Below, one piece after another: positions 60,601-64,000 of a stretch of 64,000 nt of DNA. This DNA is from Azolla caroliniana (taxonomy: Eukaryota > Plantae > Polypodiophyta). Location: contig JBHGNT010000001.1 in the NCBI GenBank assembly GCA_043228905.1, positions 10,912,001 to 10,976,000 on the forward strand, given 5' to 3'. Positions within the stretch are counted from its first letter, which is position 1, and the number at the start of each line of letters is the position of its first letter. Position numbers and translations under genes: made by a program. The notes under the pieces are model-generated. The model was not told the origin of the DNA and searched no databases. It saw only the letters and a list, made by a program, of their open reading frames with translations.

Positions 60601-63600
60601 ACTACATATCCCAGAAACTCCATTTGAGTGGGGTTGAAATTGCACTTCTCTAGTTTTTGCCATAGAAGCTTTACTCTCTCAATAGTTGTAGAACTTGACA
60701 AATGTGGAAATCCTCCTCCCCTTCAGTCTTTGAGCAGATTGAGATGTCATTCAGATAAACTATGGTGACAATGTTGAGGAAATCCAAAGTCATTTACCAT
60801 ATGTTGGAAAACTATTGGCGCAACCTTATTCAATCCTGAATAATCTTTTTTCTTAACAAAAATGTTGGTGCACTAGCAAGGAACCTAGAATTTCAATTAA
60901 ATCCACCAGCCAAATTCTCATTGGTATATCCTTAAAGAACATTGAGGTTCAAAAGCAAGATATTATGAATTGCCCCCCATGCAGGCTCCTTCCTTGAATA
61001 TAGATCAATAGGGCAATTATATGGTCAATGTTTTGGGGCCATGTTGGCCATCCCCTTGTCGAAGGCATATGCAGAGTCTTGATGATTAGTAGCTGAACCT
61101 TGGAATCGTGGGAGATGAGTGACAAAATACATAAAGTGATCATTGTCCTCATAGGTGATGAAGTTATTTAACCACAATGACCTCAACATTGGGAACTTTC
61201 GATCCTCTTGATATTGTACATATCTTCAAAATGATGAATGGAACTGAGTATTGCTGCAAGGTTTATGGCAGCTCTATACCAAAAGACTTGGATCATACCA
61301 AGGCAGCCTCTTCACCCAAAGATGGCCTACTACAAAGATTATTTCATGAACTTGTCAGAGATCATACAGAGGCTGAGGTACATGGCTGTCAGCCTCATAC
61401 GAGGGAGCCTCTTCCCCTAAAGATGGCCTACTACAGATTATTTCGTGAGCATGACAGAGCTCACACAGAGGCTGCGGTGTATCCCCCATAGTGCTCACAA
61501 AGCAATAGGACAGCTTAGAGTTTCATCTCACCAACTAGGGATTGAAGCAGGTTAAGCAATTGGCATACCTAAAACCGAAAGAGTTTTCAAATTATCTGAA
61601 GGGATCGGAAGTGAGGAATATTTTGTGTAGGTGCCCAATTATTAAGCACATCAGAGAGACATATGTCACCTGTTACATGAGTACCAATACCATTCGGCAA
61701 ATGAAGGAGAAGGCTGACCCAGAACTCTTTGGCCAAATCTTTCTTGAGCTTCAAAAGCATAGACAATCAACCCTTGAAGCAGCATGTGGGATGCAACGCC
61801 AATTGCACATCCCTGCTTTCTTCTGATGATCCACACCTCCACTTACAACGTGCCAAGGATTCACATAGCAAGAGAGGAATGATAACTACAATGAGCGAGT
61901 ACATGATATAAACCATTATTAGATCAGGGAGATAATTGCTCCATGTCTGATCTGCACAAGTATACCCAAATACACATGTTGAACTTTGTCAAAGCCTCAT
62001 TCCACTACACCGACCTTCAATATGATGTCCAATCACCAAATACTCCTTCCGTACATTTTATTATGCACTTAATGCTTATAAAACATCTCCAAAATCATTC
62101 CACCACAGGCATTAAGATCATGTTCATGGATGTTTAGGAAACCTAGAGCTTTTGTTTTTGCATGAATTCATCCATATTCATAATCATGATTTGTCTCAGA
62201 GACTGATTTTGGCCTCTAGTAGACATAAAATTTCTTTCTTTCTTTTTTTAATTATATTTCTAATTATTATTATTATTTAGTTACATTCATTCTGGTTTGC
62301 TGTTCTCAAAGATAAGACAACATTTTAAGATGTAATCTCTTGTTTGGTGTTATAGAACATTTCGGCCTCTCAAAAGGCATTAATATATCGTTCTTTCTTT
62401 CTTTCTTTATCTCTCTCTCTCTGTGTATACAAGTATGTCTTTCAGTGTTTTTTTATTACTTGGCTTATGGAGTATTTGGTTGTGACTGCAGGAAATTGAT
62501 GTACTTAGCAAATTCCAACATGAGAATATTGTTAGATATTATGGTACTCAAAAGGTTAGTAATATCTAACTAAGATTTCTAATATTCGTTTCAAAAATCT
62601 AGAATTGGCTTTATTTTTTTTCTAGAATAGCGTTCTTGGTAAAATTATGTTCCCTATATCAAAGGAGAAAGAAAGAAAGAAAGAAAGAAGGAAATATATA
62701 TTAACGTCTTTTAAGAGGCCAAAATGGCCTATAAGACCAAACAAGAGATTACATCTTAAGTGTCTCAAAAGAGAAAGAAATGAGTAGATATTAAATAATG
62801 GTATTGTCTCAGTTTCTCTTATGAGTTACGTAAGAAAATCCACTAAGGCTAATATTGTCTGGGCAAAACACTATAAGAATTAACTAGAAAGACAAGAATA
62901 ATGCTGGGAAGAGAAAATGACATAAAAGATGCAGTAATCAATACAAACCTGTATCAGACAAAGCAGACCAATGCCACAAATGGGTAGCAATCTCTTCAAC
63001 ATATGATACTCTTAGTTAATATGCTATGCCTTGTTGAACATTCAGGATTAAAGTAGAGTGACAATGTTTTTACTTATCATAGCTAAGAAAGTGTTTTATG
63101 AATATGCTTAAAGAGTGTATAGGGTTGGAGCTGTTGACTGATCACATTTTTTCATTTATGTTATCTCTATCATTGTGATGCAAGACAATCTAATAATGGC
63201 CTTTTTTGTAACTCTATATTTAGTTCTCATGCACAAATCATTATTTGTCCAGAAAAAGTGTGAGCTTAATTTTGGTAAAAAGTTTGTAACTGATTATATC
63301 TGAAAATTTCACGCACGATGTAAATTTGTGGTACTAGAAAATTGTATCTATCAAGTAATGAAACACTATTTTTGCTTGTTGACAGGAACCAGACAAATTG
63401 TACATATTTTTGGAATTGGTCACCAAGGGGTCCCTTGCCTCTTTGTATCAGAAGTATCCATTATTTGACTCTCAAATACGGATATATACCCGACAGATTT
63501 TAAGTGGTTTAAAGTATCTGCATGATCGCAACATCATGCACAGGTAATATTCATTCTTTATTTGTGGTTCTCCTTATAGCAAACTAGGTTTTTAAGGACC

Positions 63601-63903
63601 TCGATAATGGGGCTTACTTCAGCATTTTGCCATCCTAGGGATATCAAATGTGCAAATATATTAGTAGACACTAATGGGAGGATCAAAGTTGCAGACTTTG
63701 GACTAGCAAAACAGGTTTCTGCAAACTGTTTCATTAGTTTTATGCTTATCCATTCTTGTACTTCATTTTTTTGCTGCCTATGTAAAGCATTCTAGGTGCA
63801 GTGTTGCTGAAAACTGAGTTGAAAATTATTGCAATGTGTGCAGATTTCAAAATTAGATGAGCTCAAATCTTGTAAGGGAAGTGCGTATTGGATGGCTCCA
63901 GAG
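57652..63903 (+). CDS. MEKK1-like MAPKKK paralog B (continues past window end). Exons 57652-58226, 58674-59204, 59871-59955, 62492-62554, 63386-63543, 63639-63714, 63844-63903
   Basis: N-terminal PRLDRRNA.K and IDRICEELGLSG.DAFSIP...WEA motifs of MEKK1. Kinase LGSGSFGTVYEG, FAVKEV, HENIVRYYG, LYIFLELV, HRDIKCANIL, VADFG, WMAPE. All junctions GT-AG and in phase. Confidence 0.93.
60300..60830 (-). mobile_element. Gypsy RT/RNase H fragment in intron 3 of MEKK paralog B
   Basis: KLEKCNF...EFLGYVVS...DPS.I..VLDW remnant. Confidence 0.6.
60950..61830 (+). mobile_element. RTE-like LINE 3' fragment of a second family in the same intron, with ~100-bp internal duplication
   Basis: SPKMAYY repeated at ~61316 and ~61416. 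AIGQLRVSSHQLGIEAG...ER...SEE.F.CRCP...IRE C-terminal LINE motif across frameshifts. Confidence 0.6.
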
Positions 63904-64000
63904 GTTAGTTTTATCTCATTTTATTCATGTTTCTTTCTAATTAGGATTGTGTCTCTCCAATGGCATGGTAAACGAGCGTTTCTCAAGAAGTTTCATACTT

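Noticed and set aside
61010-61830. GHPLV and LKPKE motifs suggesting an endogenous negative-strand RNA virus L gene, and HLHLQ (~61830) suggesting an HUH/Replitron nuclease
   Set aside because: Another frame gives IGQLRVSSHQL.IEAG...SEE.F.CRCP, the RTE-LINE C-terminal signature. The viral and HUH motifs are isolated and in inconsistent frames.

Overview
Repeat-rich eukaryotic plant DNA. A seed-free land plant such as a fern or bryophyte is inferred only from the TE lineages, with low certainty. The window is bracketed by two tandem paralogs of a spliced MEKK1-like MAPKKK about 63.5 kb apart. Copy A (3' half, 1-7183) has a degenerate kinase core (HRDIR, EFG), a very young Ty1/copia in an intron, and a stop codon supplied by a hAT element. 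Copy B (57652 to window end) is canonical. Between them is a nested TE island: a Ty3/gypsy host containing a copia, a hAT MITE and a gag-only tRNA-Trp-primed LTR element, then a head-to-head copia pair, RTE LINEs and older relics. One intronless low-complexity gene lies at 49219-50862. The most unusual object is an ~8.5-kb decayed DNA transposon (20623-29115). It has a Sola2-like DDD transposase and a convergent second gene with an FCP1/SCP (NIF, CTD-phosphatase-like HAD) domain. Each gene has an intron packed with the palindrome AGCTAATTAGCT, which also occurs near the element's left end. All calls come from manual reading of the sequence; no searches were run.
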